NCBI GenBank assembly: GCA_965366625.1
Contig: CBDUGP010000003.1
Span: forward strand, 50,549 to 114,548
From: an uncultured bacterium
Lineage (GTDB): Bacteria > Acidobacteriota > Thermoanaerobaculia > Multivoradales > J023
DNA length: 64,000 nucleotides
Direction of reading: 5' to 3'
Below the pieces are notes generated by a model. It saw only the letters and a list, made by a program, of their open reading frames with translations, was not told the DNA's origin and did no database searches. Position 1 is the first letter of the stretch. The number at the start of each line of letters is the position of its first letter. Shown here in pieces: positions 54,198 to 63,362 of the stretch. Made by a program: the position numbers and the translations under genes.

Positions 54198-56837
54198 ATG
54201 GCCAAGCAATCCAAGGCGAAGAAATTAACCCCGGGCGTTCCGGCCCAGGGCGGTGCCCAAACCGCCAAAAAGCCGAGAGGCTCGGGAGCGGTCAAGCTGG
54301 CGCTGATGCTCGTGCTTTTGGTGGCCTTGGTGGCAGGGGTCATCGCCGGAAGCACCACTTGGGCCACCGCGACCGCAAGGGCGGAAACCGCCGGTAAGGC
54401 CATCGATAAGATTCTTAACGGCAGCAACAGGGCTCTCTCGATTCTCCAGCGGCAGCGCTATCTACGACTGAACCTGATTTCCCGTATTTTTCGGACGGAT
54501 CAGGTGCTGACCTCGTATTTAGTTGCCGCCGCCCAGGCCCGAGACGAGGCCGCAATCTTGGCATCGGTGGAGGAATACCAAGACCTACTGACTTTTGATT
54601 TGGCGGTGGTGCTGGATCGCAACGGCGTGGTTTTAACCCGCACCGACGATCGGTCAGCGAGTGGCGAGGACTTGGCCGCGACCCCGTTGGTGGCCGTCGC
54701 CCTCGAAGAGAGCAAGGCGTCAGGGGTGTGGCAGCAGAATGACCAGCTCTACAATGCGCTCGCCGAGCCGCTAGTGCGCCAATTCGAGCTCGTGGGATAT
54801 ATCGCCGTCGCTTATTCAATCAACAACACCCTAGCGGCTGATATCAAGCGCACGGGCGGCGCGGAGATTGTTTTCCTTGCCGAATCTGGGGTTGGGCCTG
54901 CACCTGTCGCGTCGACCCTCGATGACGGCATGTCGCAGGAGCTTGTGGAGGCACTTCGAAAACAAGGGGATGTGCTCGGTTTGGTGATGGAGGAGGGGGA
55001 TGTCGTCGACCGGGTCGAGCTGGAGTTCGGTGGTGAAAAGTGGACGGCGTCCTTGGCACCGTTGAGGGATGCCGCAGGCGGCTCGGTGGGAGCTGCCATT
55101 GCCCTGACTTCCTTGGGTGACACCCGGCAAAGCTTCAACAACATCCAGAAGGCCACTTTGGTCGCGGGCGGACTCTCTCTCCTGGTGGGAGCCATTTTGG
55201 CGTTCGCCTTGGCCAAATGGGTTTACCGGCCCTTTACTCGCCTGGCCGACGCCGTAACCCAAGGGGTCCAAGGCCATTGGGATGTCCAAATGCCGACCGG
55301 CAGTGGGGACGCCAAACGCATCTCGGAAGCGGTGAGAGATCTCTTCACCCAGCTCAGGGAGAAGGCCGCGGTGGAATTCGTGGTCGGCCGGGTGTCTCGG
55401 CTGCTGCCCGAACCCGCGAAAGAGAGCGCTCAAGGCGTGGCTAAGGCCCAGCATCTTTGTGTGGTCGGGGTTGAGATGCGCCGCTACGCCGATCCTAAGG
55501 TCGGCTACGACGCCGAGGAGAATATGGCCCGTCTGGATCGTGACGTCCAAAAGATTTCCACCTCCACGCGCACCCAAAAAGGTGAGGTGGTGTCGATGTT
55601 CGGGCATCGAGTTTTGCTCAGCTTCGAAGGTGAGCATTGCACCTGGCGGGCCCTGTGCGCGGCCACCGAGATCATGCTCACCCTGTCGGAACGGGACAGC
55701 GTGTTCGACGAACCCAGCCCGCCGGTGGTTGCCCTTTCTAGTGGCCCGATGATCAACGGCACCATCTCGTCCGGCCTGGTGGTGGCGGGTGTTCCGGTTC
55801 AGATTCTCGAAAGCTTGATGCGTGAGGCGTCACCCGGCGGGCTTTACTTCTCGAAACAGGTTTATGCGGAGTTGGGCGAACTCTTCCAGCGGGCTCAGGT
55901 GCAAGTGAAGGGGCAGCGGGGAATCCTCAGTCCGCAACCTCTGTATCTGGTCGACGCCGAATCGGCGAGTCGAATGACCGGAGTCCAAGCCTTGACCGAC
56001 GGTGGGGACGGAGGCGAGGGACGAGGTCTTTCAGATCTGCGGCGCGGTGTGCTGCTGGCGGGTCGCTTCGACATGCTCGACGAGCTGGGCGCGGGTCGGA
56101 TGGGAATTGTTTGGAAGGCCCAAGATCGCGACTTGGGCGATTTGGTCAGTCTCAAGATGCTGCGTCCGGAAGTGATGCAAGACGCCGCGCTCTTCGAACG
56201 GTTGAAGAGGGCGGTGGCCAAGGCGCGCTCGATCCGCCACCCCAACGTCTTGAGCGTCTTGGATTTCGGCGAGGCCGAGCGCCTGCCGTATATCGAAATG
56301 GAATTTGCCCGCGGATTCACATTGGCCTATCTCCTGGAGCAAGCACGCCAAGTGCCGGTGGTGGCCGGGGTCCGATTCGCGCGCGAAATCGCCCGTGGGC
56401 TGGCCGCCGCCCACAATCAGCAGCTCATGCACAGCGGGCTCAAACCGGAGAACATCCTAATCGACACCTTGGGTTTGGTGAAGGTGATGGACTTTGGTCT
56501 GGGTATGCCGGTAAGAGCCGGGGCCGCCGTGGAAGCGCCTGGATACCTCGCTCCCGAGCAGCTGGAGGCGCGCGAGCCCGATTCCCGCGCCGATTTCTTC
56601 AGCTTTGGGGCGGTGGTGTATTCCATGTTGACCGGAAAACTGCCTTACCCGGGGTCCACCTCGGACGAGATCCGTCGCAAGATGGCCGAAGGCGGTCCTG
56701 AGGTCCCCACCTCACTAGTGGCTGAGATCCCACCCAAACTGGAAGAGATTCTCTTGAAATGCCTCCAGATCACACCGGACCAACGATACGCGTCGGCCGA
56801 CGAACTCGTGGCGGATTTGGAAGACATCTCCATCTAG
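54198..56837 (+). CDS. membrane receptor: extracytoplasmic sensor-TM-HAMP-degenerate cyclase-homology domain-Ser/Thr pseudokinase
   Basis: two TM segments flanking ~300-aa sensor; cyclase-like motifs with catalytic residues substituted (GEVVSMFG, VQILESLMREASPGGLYFS); kinase domain with GxGxxG, VSLK, DFG, APE but HRD replaced by HSG (MHSGLKPEN); alternative GTG start 54189. Confidence 0.7.
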   Translation: MAKQSKAKKLTPGVPAQGGAQTAKKPRGSGAVKLALMLVLLVALVAGVIAGSTTWATATARAETAGKAIDKILNGSNRALSILQRQRYLRLNLISRIFRTDQVLTSYLVAAAQARDEAAILASVEEYQDLLTFDLAVVLDRNGVVLTRTDDRSASGEDLAATPLVAVALEESKASGVWQQNDQLYNALAEPLVRQFELVGYIAVAYSINNTLAADIKRTGGAEIVFLAESGVGPAPVASTLDDGMSQELVEALRKQGDVLGLVMEEGDVVDRVELEFGGEKWTASLAPLRDAAGGSVGAAIALTSLGDTRQSFNNIQKATLVAGGLSLLVGAILAFALAKWVYRPFTRLADAVTQGVQGHWDVQMPTGSGDAKRISEAVRDLFTQLREKAAVEFVVGRVSRLLPEPAKESAQGVAKAQHLCVVGVEMRRYADPKVGYDAEENMARLDRDVQKISTSTRTQKGEVVSMFGHRVLLSFEGEHCTWRALCAATEIMLTLSERDSVFDEPSPPVVALSSGPMINGTISSGLVVAGVPVQILESLMREASPGGLYFSKQVYAELGELFQRAQVQVKGQRGILSPQPLYLVDAESASRMTGVQALTDGGDGGEGRGLSDLRRGVLLAGRFDMLDELGAGRMGIVWKAQDRDLGDLVSLKMLRPEVMQDAALFERLKRAVAKARSIRHPNVLSVLDFGEAERLPYIEMEFARGFTLAYLLEQARQVPVVAGVRFAREIARGLAAAHNQQLMHSGLKPENILIDTLGLVKVMDFGLGMPVRAGAAVEAPGYLAPEQLEAREPDSRADFFSFGAVVYSMLTGKLPYPGSTSDEIRRKMAEGGPEVPTSLVAEIPPKLEEILLKCLQITPDQRYASADELVADLEDISI

Positions 56838-56945
56838 CCGGTTGAAGGTAGACGGGAGCGTGTCGCCTGCGACGCGCGCAAGCCATCGACGAGAAATTTC
56901 AATTTTTTCGCGCAGGAAATTCCACGTCTAAGTGTTTCAAGAGCT

Positions 56946-57557
56946 GTGACGCAGTCTGCCGAAGTCCTGCCGGACCCCGACCTCCCGATTTTGCTTCGCG
57001 TTGCCGATGGGGACGTGGAGTCGTTCGGTGTGTTGGTGGAACGTCATCAGGCGAGGCTGTGGCGATTGTGCGAGCGAATGTTGGGCAGCGCTGAGGACGC
57101 CAGTGAGGCGACCCAAGAAGTCTTCCTCAAGGCCTACCGTGGCTGCTCCGCCTTTCGCCCGACCGCCAAGGTGTATACGTGGCTCTATCGGATCGCCGTC
57201 AACCATTGTTTAAACCGCTTGCGGCGCCGAAAGTTGGCGAGCTTCCTCTCGTTGGCGGAGCTGGCACCGGCAGCCAAGGGCGACGATGGAACAGGCGACC
57301 ACCGCAGAGAGGCGGAATGGGATCCGGCGGACTCCGGACCCGACGCGGAGCGTCGCCTAGCGGACCGTCGACGTTGGGCTGTAGTGAGAGCGGCGATCGA
57401 TCGCCTGCCGGTGAATCAACGGGCGGTTTTGGTCTTGGCGAAGCTCGAAGGGTTGTCCTATCGGGAGATTTCCCAGGCCTTGGGCATCACGGAGAGCGCG
57501 GTAGAAAGCCGGTTGGTGCGTGCCATGCGCCGGTTGCACGCCCTCGAAACTCAGTAA
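56946..57557 (+). CDS. ECF (group IV) RNA polymerase sigma factor
   Basis: sigma-70 region 2 (EATQEVFLKAYRG ... VYTWLYRIAVNHCLNRLRRRK) and region 4 (NQRAVLVLAKLEGLSYREISQALGITESAVESRLVRAMRRL). Confidence 0.85.
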   Translation: MTQSAEVLPDPDLPILLRVADGDVESFGVLVERHQARLWRLCERMLGSAEDASEATQEVFLKAYRGCSAFRPTAKVYTWLYRIAVNHCLNRLRRRKLASFLSLAELAPAAKGDDGTGDHRREAEWDPADSGPDAERRLADRRRWAVVRAAIDRLPVNQRAVLVLAKLEGLSYREISQALGITESAVESRLVRAMRRLHALETQ

Positions 57558-57567
57558 GGGGTTGGAC

Positions 57568-58086
57568 ATGACCGTTAGAGATCAAGAGCCGGCACAGCTG
57601 ATGCGCTATTTGGCCGGTGAACTCGACGAGCCGGCTCGACGGCAACTCGAGCAGCGGCTCGAAAGCGAAACTCGGCTGCGTGATGCCCTAGGAAGATTGG
57701 AAACCACGTGGGCCGCACTTTCACCGCCGAGCCCCGAGTCGGAAGCGCCCGATCAAACCCTTGCGATCATGGCGAAGATTCGGCGCGAAAGCGCCCAGGT
57801 CGGCGGTGAACTCGCTTGGTCTGCGGCCCCGATGTGGGTCAAAACGGGATCTTTGGCCTCGCTTGCCGCCGGTTTGTTGATCGGCGTGTTCATAGCTCCA
57901 GAGCATGCGACGAGCCTAGATCCTGGCCGCTCGGGGATAGTGGAACCGCCGTGGGGCTTCGAGGCCGAGCGGCTTTCGACAGACGACCTCTTTCAAACGG
58001 CGGAGCCGACCTCAGCGGATCTATATTGGCGAGCTCTGGAAGCCTCCAGCGGCCGATTGGATGAAGAGCAGGAGGACGGATCGTGA
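57568..58086 (+). CDS. putative anti-sigma factor (single TM)
   Basis: immediately downstream/overlapping ECF sigma; short cytoplasmic N-domain, TM (LASLAAGLLIGVFI), small extracytoplasmic domain. Confidence 0.55.
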   Translation: MTVRDQEPAQLMRYLAGELDEPARRQLEQRLESETRLRDALGRLETTWAALSPPSPESEAPDQTLAIMAKIRRESAQVGGELAWSAAPMWVKTGSLASLAAGLLIGVFIAPEHATSLDPGRSGIVEPPWGFEAERLSTDDLFQTAEPTSADLYWRALEASSGRLDEEQEDGS

Positions 58087-58709
58087 GCCGTCAGATGGTG
58101 AATAAGCGATGGGGGTTGGTTTGGGTGCTGATGCTGTCGGTGGGTCTCAATTTCGGCTTGCTGGTCAGCTGGATGGTCGCGAAATCCAGGAGCGAACACA
58201 CGGATCCGGCAGTTGAGCAAACCGAAGGTGATCCGGGTCATGGATCTGAGGGCGTCGCCGGGACCTTGCAAAGATCGGATCTCGGCATAGCACCCAGGCG
58301 CCTGGAACGTATCGTCGGCCGGATGGCCGATGAGTTGGGATTGGAGGGTGAGAGAAGAGAGGTCTTCTTGGGCGTCCAAGGAGAATTTTTTCATCGATCC
58401 GTGGCGGGACGAGATCGTCTCAAAGCAGCCCGGGCCGGGTTGCGAAGGGAGTTGACTGCATCGTCGCCCGATCGAGCTCGGGCGGAGCATTGGGCTGGGG
58501 AGCTGGGAAAGGCTCAGTCGGAGCTGGAGGAGGCCTTTGTCGCCAATTACTTTTCCACCCGCGAGCTGTTGGATCCGGAGCAAGACAGGAGATTTCGCCG
58601 ATTCATGGGCAGAATCCACAAGATGCGTCGCCAGCTGATGGAGCAGGGCGAGACGCCCAGGGAACCGTTCCGTCCTAGACGACCCAGGCGAGGCAGACCT
58701 AGGGGATGA
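58083..58709 (+). CDS. Spy/CpxP-family (LTXXQ-like) periplasmic stress protein
   Basis: signal/TM then helical protein with LDPEQDRRF (LTXXQ-like) motifs and basic C-terminus; co-operonic with ECF sigma/anti-sigma. Confidence 0.5.
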   Translation: MSRQMVNKRWGLVWVLMLSVGLNFGLLVSWMVAKSRSEHTDPAVEQTEGDPGHGSEGVAGTLQRSDLGIAPRRLERIVGRMADELGLEGERREVFLGVQGEFFHRSVAGRDRLKAARAGLRRELTASSPDRARAEHWAGELGKAQSELEEAFVANYFSTRELLDPEQDRRFRRFMGRIHKMRRQLMEQGETPREPFRPRRPRRGRPRG

Positions 58710-58804
58710 TCCTGCCGACGGCTTCCTTGCATCGTCGGCGAAGTGGGCAGAAACTAGTCGCCCCAAGGGTTGAAGGCCTCTAAGAATTACAGGCAAAGCA
58801 AGCC

Positions 58805-58839
58805 GCCGGGCCCGTGTAGGGCCCGGCTGCCGCCATTTT
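58805..58839 (+). terminator. candidate terminator after ECF operon
   Basis: GCCGGGCCC-gtgta-GGGCCCGGC 9-bp stem followed within 8 nt by ATTTTG. Confidence 0.35.
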
Positions 58840-58972
58840 GAGTTGCTCAAGTCTCAGAAGGGTGTACGATCGTTCAGTGCCCGCCGTCTAGTCGGCCCAA
58901 ACCGACGACCCGGCCGCCGATGTTGAGCCCACGCCACCGCAAACCATCAAAGCAAGTGCCTAAATAATCACC

Positions 58973-60091
58973 GTGTCGAAACCATCCGGCCTCAAAATAG
59001 CCCTGCTGGGCAGCCGTGGAATTCCCGCCCGCTATGGTGGTTATGAAACGTTCATGGAAGAGATCGCGGGCCGGCTGGTCGCCCAGGGGCATGAAGTTAC
59101 GGTCTATTGCCGATCCCATTACACCCGTCCAGATGAGCGGGAGCATCTAGGCGCTCGGTTGGTCGTGTTGCCTACGCTCAAGACCAAATATCTCGACACC
59201 CCGGTCCATACGTTCCTTTCTAGCCTGCATGCCGCTTTCGCCCGTTACGATGCAGCGCTGGTGGTCAACTCCGCCAACGCCCTCTTTGTGCCCATCACTC
59301 GGTGGACAGGGATTCCCACGGCCCTTCATGTCGACGGAATCGAGAAACGGCGGGCTAAGTGGGGAGCCCTCGGGCGATGGGTCTACGCTCTGTCGGAGCG
59401 CCTGGCTTGCATTCTGCCTACGGTGTTGGTCACCGACGCCGATGTCATCCAGGCCCATTACCAAAGCCGCTACGGAGCGGACTCTTGGATGATTACCTAC
59501 GGCGTGGATCCGCGACCGCCGTCGACCCAGTCCGTTTTAGACGAGCTAGGGTTGGAGTCGGGCAAATTCTTTCTCTACGTAAGTCGCTTTGAGCCCGAAA
59601 ACAATCCCGACAAATTGGTGGCCGCTTACCGGCAAGTATCCGGCGATTTGCCTTTGGTGATGGTGGGTGACGCGCCCTATGCCGACGATTTCATCCGTTC
59701 GTTCCGCGAGCGGGCAGATCCTAGGGTGCTTTTCCCCGGTGCCATCTACGGCGAAGGCTATCGGCAGCTGCAATCCGGGGCTTTGGCCTACATTCAAGCT
59801 ACCGAAGTCGGCGGCACCCATCCTGCTTTGGTCGAAGCCATGGGCTACGGGAATTGTCTATTGGTCAACGACGCTCCCGAGAACCGGGAAGTGGCCGGTG
59901 AGGCTGCCCTTTACTTCCAAGCCCAGCAGCCGGAGTCCCTGAGCCGAGGATTGCAGTGGGTCCTCGACAATCCTGAAGAGGCCGAGCAACGAGGTCGCAG
60001 GTCAGCGGAGAGGGCTAAAGAGCTTTATTCATGGGATGCGGTGACCGGCGAGTATCAACGGCTCTTTCTGGAGATGGCCGGCCGGACGTGA
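58973..60091 (+). CDS. glycosyltransferase family 4 (GT-B, group 1)
   Basis: KIALLGSRGIPARYGGYETFMEEIA N-terminus and C-terminal EX7E-like region (GGTHPALVEAMGYGNCLLVND). Confidence 0.75.
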   Translation: MSKPSGLKIALLGSRGIPARYGGYETFMEEIAGRLVAQGHEVTVYCRSHYTRPDEREHLGARLVVLPTLKTKYLDTPVHTFLSSLHAAFARYDAALVVNSANALFVPITRWTGIPTALHVDGIEKRRAKWGALGRWVYALSERLACILPTVLVTDADVIQAHYQSRYGADSWMITYGVDPRPPSTQSVLDELGLESGKFFLYVSRFEPENNPDKLVAAYRQVSGDLPLVMVGDAPYADDFIRSFRERADPRVLFPGAIYGEGYRQLQSGALAYIQATEVGGTHPALVEAMGYGNCLLVNDAPENREVAGEAALYFQAQQPESLSRGLQWVLDNPEEAEQRGRRSAERAKELYSWDAVTGEYQRLFLEMAGRT

Positions 60092-60265
60092 GTTCTATGC
60101 TTCAAAAGCATTCCCATTCCTATTCGTTTGAGTTAGAATTTTTGCAAGAGGGGCTGCGCCCACACCCAAAAATTGACTTTTTCTCGATCCTGAGAGTGTT
60201 TAGGTTAGGATTCTTCAAGTGCTAATTCAACGAAGTGGACCTATTTCGGCTCGATCGAGACGGCA

Positions 60266-61738
60266 ATGGCTCGGAGCAAAGCCATGCTAAAAGAGCAATC
60301 TCGCCTCATTGCAATCTGCGTTTTCCTCGTCGACCTAATGTTGGTCGTGGCGGCGTTCTTTTGTGCATGGTGGTTGCGGGCGATCGGATTGCCGTCGATG
60401 TTTGTGGGCTCGTTTCCCGCCCCCTTTTATCCACTAGCCACCTACCTGCCCCTTTTGCCCTTCGTGATCCTGGTTTGGGGGCCTTTGCTGCTCGGCTCTG
60501 ACACCTACCGTTCTCACCGTACGGTTCCGTTGGTGGAAGAGTCGAAGGGCATCCTGAAGGTCTGCGCCCTCGGCGTGGCGATTTTCGCCTTGACCATCTT
60601 CTTGCTGCGCTTGGACCGCATGGTCCTGGGTACCGACGAGCTGAGCCGGCTGTGGATTTTCTTGGTCGGTGCGCTGAGCTTTGTTTTCCTGCTGACCGAA
60701 AAGCTGGCTCTGCGGATTCTTTCCCGCTACGTCCGGTATCGGGGTTTCAACTATCGAACGGTTTTGATCGTCGGCACCAGCCCGGGGGCGGTCGACCTCG
60801 CCGATTCGATCCAGCAGCATCGCTTTTGGGGTTTCAAGATCCTTGGTTTCGTGGCGCATCCCAACGCAGGCAAAGATCGGTTCCCTTCCCGATATCCTCT
60901 CCTGGGGACCATCGACGACATCCCGAAGCTGGTGGAAAATCTTGTCGTCGACGACGTGCTCTTCTGCGTCAGCCGGCGCGAACTCGATCGCATGGAGGAT
61001 CTCTTCCTCGCCTTGCACGAGCAAGGGATTCGGACCCGTTTCGCCCTCAACCTCTTCCCCCACGTCAAAACCCGGACCCGAATGGAAGAGCTCGACGGCG
61101 TGCCGCTGCTGACCTTTTCCACCGCTCCCGAAGGCCCCTTGGCGTTGTCGGTCAAACGATCGATGGACGTCATTCTGGCGTCGAGCTTGATCATGCTTTC
61201 ATTGCCGGTCATCGCGGGCATCGCGTTGTTGATCAAGCTCACTGAAGGCGGCCGGGTGCTCTACACCCAGACCCGTTGTGGCCTGAACGGTCGTCGATTC
61301 ACCATGTACAAGATTCGCACCATGGTCGAGGGCGCGGAGAGCCGACAGGGTGATCTTCTGCATCTAAACGAGATGGACGGTCCGGTCTTCAAGCTCAGGC
61401 AAGATCCGCGGGTCACCAATTTGGGCCGATTCCTGCGTCGGTTCAGCCTCGACGAGCTGCCCCAGCTGCTCAACGTCTTAAGGGGCGATATGAGCCTGGT
61501 CGGACCTAGGCCACCGATCCCCGACGAGGTGGCCCGTTACCAACGCTGGCAGCGCCGACGCCTGTCGATGAAACCGGGTCTCACCTGCCTGTGGCAAATC
61601 AGCGGTCGCAATCAATTGGATTTCGACCGGTGGATGGAACTCGATCTTCAATACATCGACAGCTGGTCCCCATGGCTCGATCTGAAGATCCTTCTCAAGA
61701 CGGTACCCGCGGTTCTCACCGGTCGCGGCGCTTCCTGA
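60266..61738 (+). CDS. polyprenyl-phosphate sugar phosphotransferase (bacterial sugar transferase, WbaP/EpsB-like)
   Basis: 4-5 N-terminal TMs; C-terminal catalytic domain (KRSMDVILAS ... MYKIRTM ... DELPQLLNVLRGDMSLVGPRP). Confidence 0.85.
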   Translation: MARSKAMLKEQSRLIAICVFLVDLMLVVAAFFCAWWLRAIGLPSMFVGSFPAPFYPLATYLPLLPFVILVWGPLLLGSDTYRSHRTVPLVEESKGILKVCALGVAIFALTIFLLRLDRMVLGTDELSRLWIFLVGALSFVFLLTEKLALRILSRYVRYRGFNYRTVLIVGTSPGAVDLADSIQQHRFWGFKILGFVAHPNAGKDRFPSRYPLLGTIDDIPKLVENLVVDDVLFCVSRRELDRMEDLFLALHEQGIRTRFALNLFPHVKTRTRMEELDGVPLLTFSTAPEGPLALSVKRSMDVILASSLIMLSLPVIAGIALLIKLTEGGRVLYTQTRCGLNGRRFTMYKIRTMVEGAESRQGDLLHLNEMDGPVFKLRQDPRVTNLGRFLRRFSLDELPQLLNVLRGDMSLVGPRPPIPDEVARYQRWQRRRLSMKPGLTCLWQISGRNQLDFDRWMELDLQYIDSWSPWLDLKILLKTVPAVLTGRGAS

Positions 61739-62000
61739 AGAATGTTATCGTTGCATCCTTAGAGGTTCTATTTCCTCGACTGGAGGTAAGAGATGATCAG
61801 GCGGTTTTTGACGGGGTCGGAGTTGGACGAAAAAGTTCTTGGGGTAGTGGGCACCTCAGGGAGTCCAATCAAGACCTATGCGATTTTCGATCGGCTGAAC
61901 GGCTCCACACCAGTACAACCTCATGAAGTCACCCGATCAGTCTGGCGTTTGGTGGAGCGCGGCAAAGTCACGGTTCGAGCTGGGCAAGGTGTTTCCATGA

Positions 62001-63326
62001 AAGGGCAGCCAGCTGGATAGTGCAGAATTCCTTGCTGAGAGGCGGCATTCCGAGTCGGAGGCAGAGGACCAGCGTTCTGAATTCCAGCGTGATCGGGATC
62101 GGCTCCTTTATTCCGACGCGCTGAGACGTCTCCAGGGAGTGACGCAGGTCATTTCTGCGGATGAGGGCTGGATCTTCCACAATCGCCTGACCCATTCGAT
62201 CAAGGTGTCTCAGGTAGCTCGGCGAATCGCCGAGCATTTGATCACCATCACAGATCCAGGCGATTTGAGCGCTGCGGGCGGATTGGATGTAGATGTCGCC
62301 GAGGCCGCCGGGTTGGCCCATGATCTAGGGCATCCGCCATTTGGTCATGTAGCGGAAGAGAAGCTCAATGAGCTAGTCGGTGACCCTTTCGGGTTCGAAG
62401 GCAACGCGCAGTCTTTTCGCATCGTCACCAAGCTGGAGCCCCACCACCCCAATTATCGTGGTCTTGACCTAACTCGCTCAACACTCAACGGTCTTTTGAA
62501 GTACCCGTTTCCACGGTACGGTGGACCGCATAAAAATCCCAAGTTTGGTTTCTATGCGGAGTCAGAAGAGAAGGATTTCGAATTTGCTCGCGCGCGCGAA
62601 GCGCCAAGCAGCAGCAATCGCTCACTGGAAGCCGAGATTATGGACTTCGCAGACGACGTTACGTTTGCGGTCCACGATACCGAAGACTTCTATCGGGCCG
62701 GCATGATTCCACTCCACGAACTCTATCGCCACGATGGATCGGAGTTTCCCAGGCTGATCGAAAGTATCCCAAAACGATGGGAAGAACAGGGGCGGCCGGC
62801 GGTCGACGATTGGGAAGGCCATGTGGAAGCGCTGAGAGAGGTTCTTTCTAATCTAGTTTCTGTGAATACCGCATATCGTGGATCACAGGAGGAGCGTATC
62901 GCTCTGAGGGTAGCGGCCGGCGGAATTATTGGCGACTATGTGGTTCACGGTGTTCGTGTTGCCAACGCCGAGAGCGCCGGCAGTCGAATTCAGCTCCATC
63001 CAGCGATTCGTATGCAGATTAAGATGCTGAAGGAGTTGGTGTGGGAGTACGTGATCGACCGCCCGTCTCTGGCAACCCAGCAGGCTGGGCATAAGGTGAT
63101 CGTCGAGAAGTTGTTCGAGCACTTCAAGGGGGCTCTAGACGCAGGTCGGCTTCAGCTGCTGCCGCCACAATTCGCCGAGCTGGTGCTCAGCCGGGACGTG
63201 GCAAAGGAATCCAATGCAAGGCTCGCCGCCGACATGATTTGCTCGTTGACTGACCGTCAAGCGCTGATCCTTTATCGTCGAATCACGGGTTTAGATCCTG
63301 GGGCCATGGCACCCTTCGCGCTCTAA
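62001..63326 (+). CDS. dgt: dGTP triphosphohydrolase-like HD-domain protein (start codon unresolved; possible frameshift at 61997-62005)
   Basis: HD motif (HSIKVSQVAR ... LAHDLGHPPFGH); conserved N-terminal block SEFQRDRDRLLYSDALRRLQ lies upstream of first canonical start (GTG 62139) and is in frame back to stop at 61998; ATG 61997 with AAGGTG RBS is +1 out of frame. Confidence 0.7.
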   Translation, partial: KGSQLDSAEFLAERRHSESEAEDQRSEFQRDRDRLLYSDALRRLQGVTQVISADEGWIFHNRLTHSIKVSQVARRIAEHLITITDPGDLSAAGGLDVDVAEAAGLAHDLGHPPFGHVAEEKLNELVGDPFGFEGNAQSFRIVTKLEPHHPNYRGLDLTRSTLNGLLKYPFPRYGGPHKNPKFGFYAESEEKDFEFARAREAPSSSNRSLEAEIMDFADDVTFAVHDTEDFYRAGMIPLHELYRHDGSEFPRLIESIPKRWEEQGRPAVDDWEGHVEALREVLSNLVSVNTAYRGSQEERIALRVAAGGIIGDYVVHGVRVANAESAGSRIQLHPAIRMQIKMLKELVWEYVIDRPSLATQQAGHKVIVEKLFEHFKGALDAGRLQLLPPQFAELVLSRDVAKESNARLAADMICSLTDRQALILYRRITGLDPGAMAPFAL

Positions 63327-63362
63327 CCGACGGTCGATCGATCCTGCTAGAATCTGCGGCCC

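Noticed and set aside
61793-62020. 75-aa ORF upstream of the dGTPase gene as an independent small protein
   Set aside because: Its C-terminal 8 codons (MKGQPAG*) begin at an ATG with a good RBS that is +1 out of frame with the dGTPase N-terminal block. More parsimonious that this ATG is the dgt start with a 1-nt indel; the upstream 67 codons have no support.
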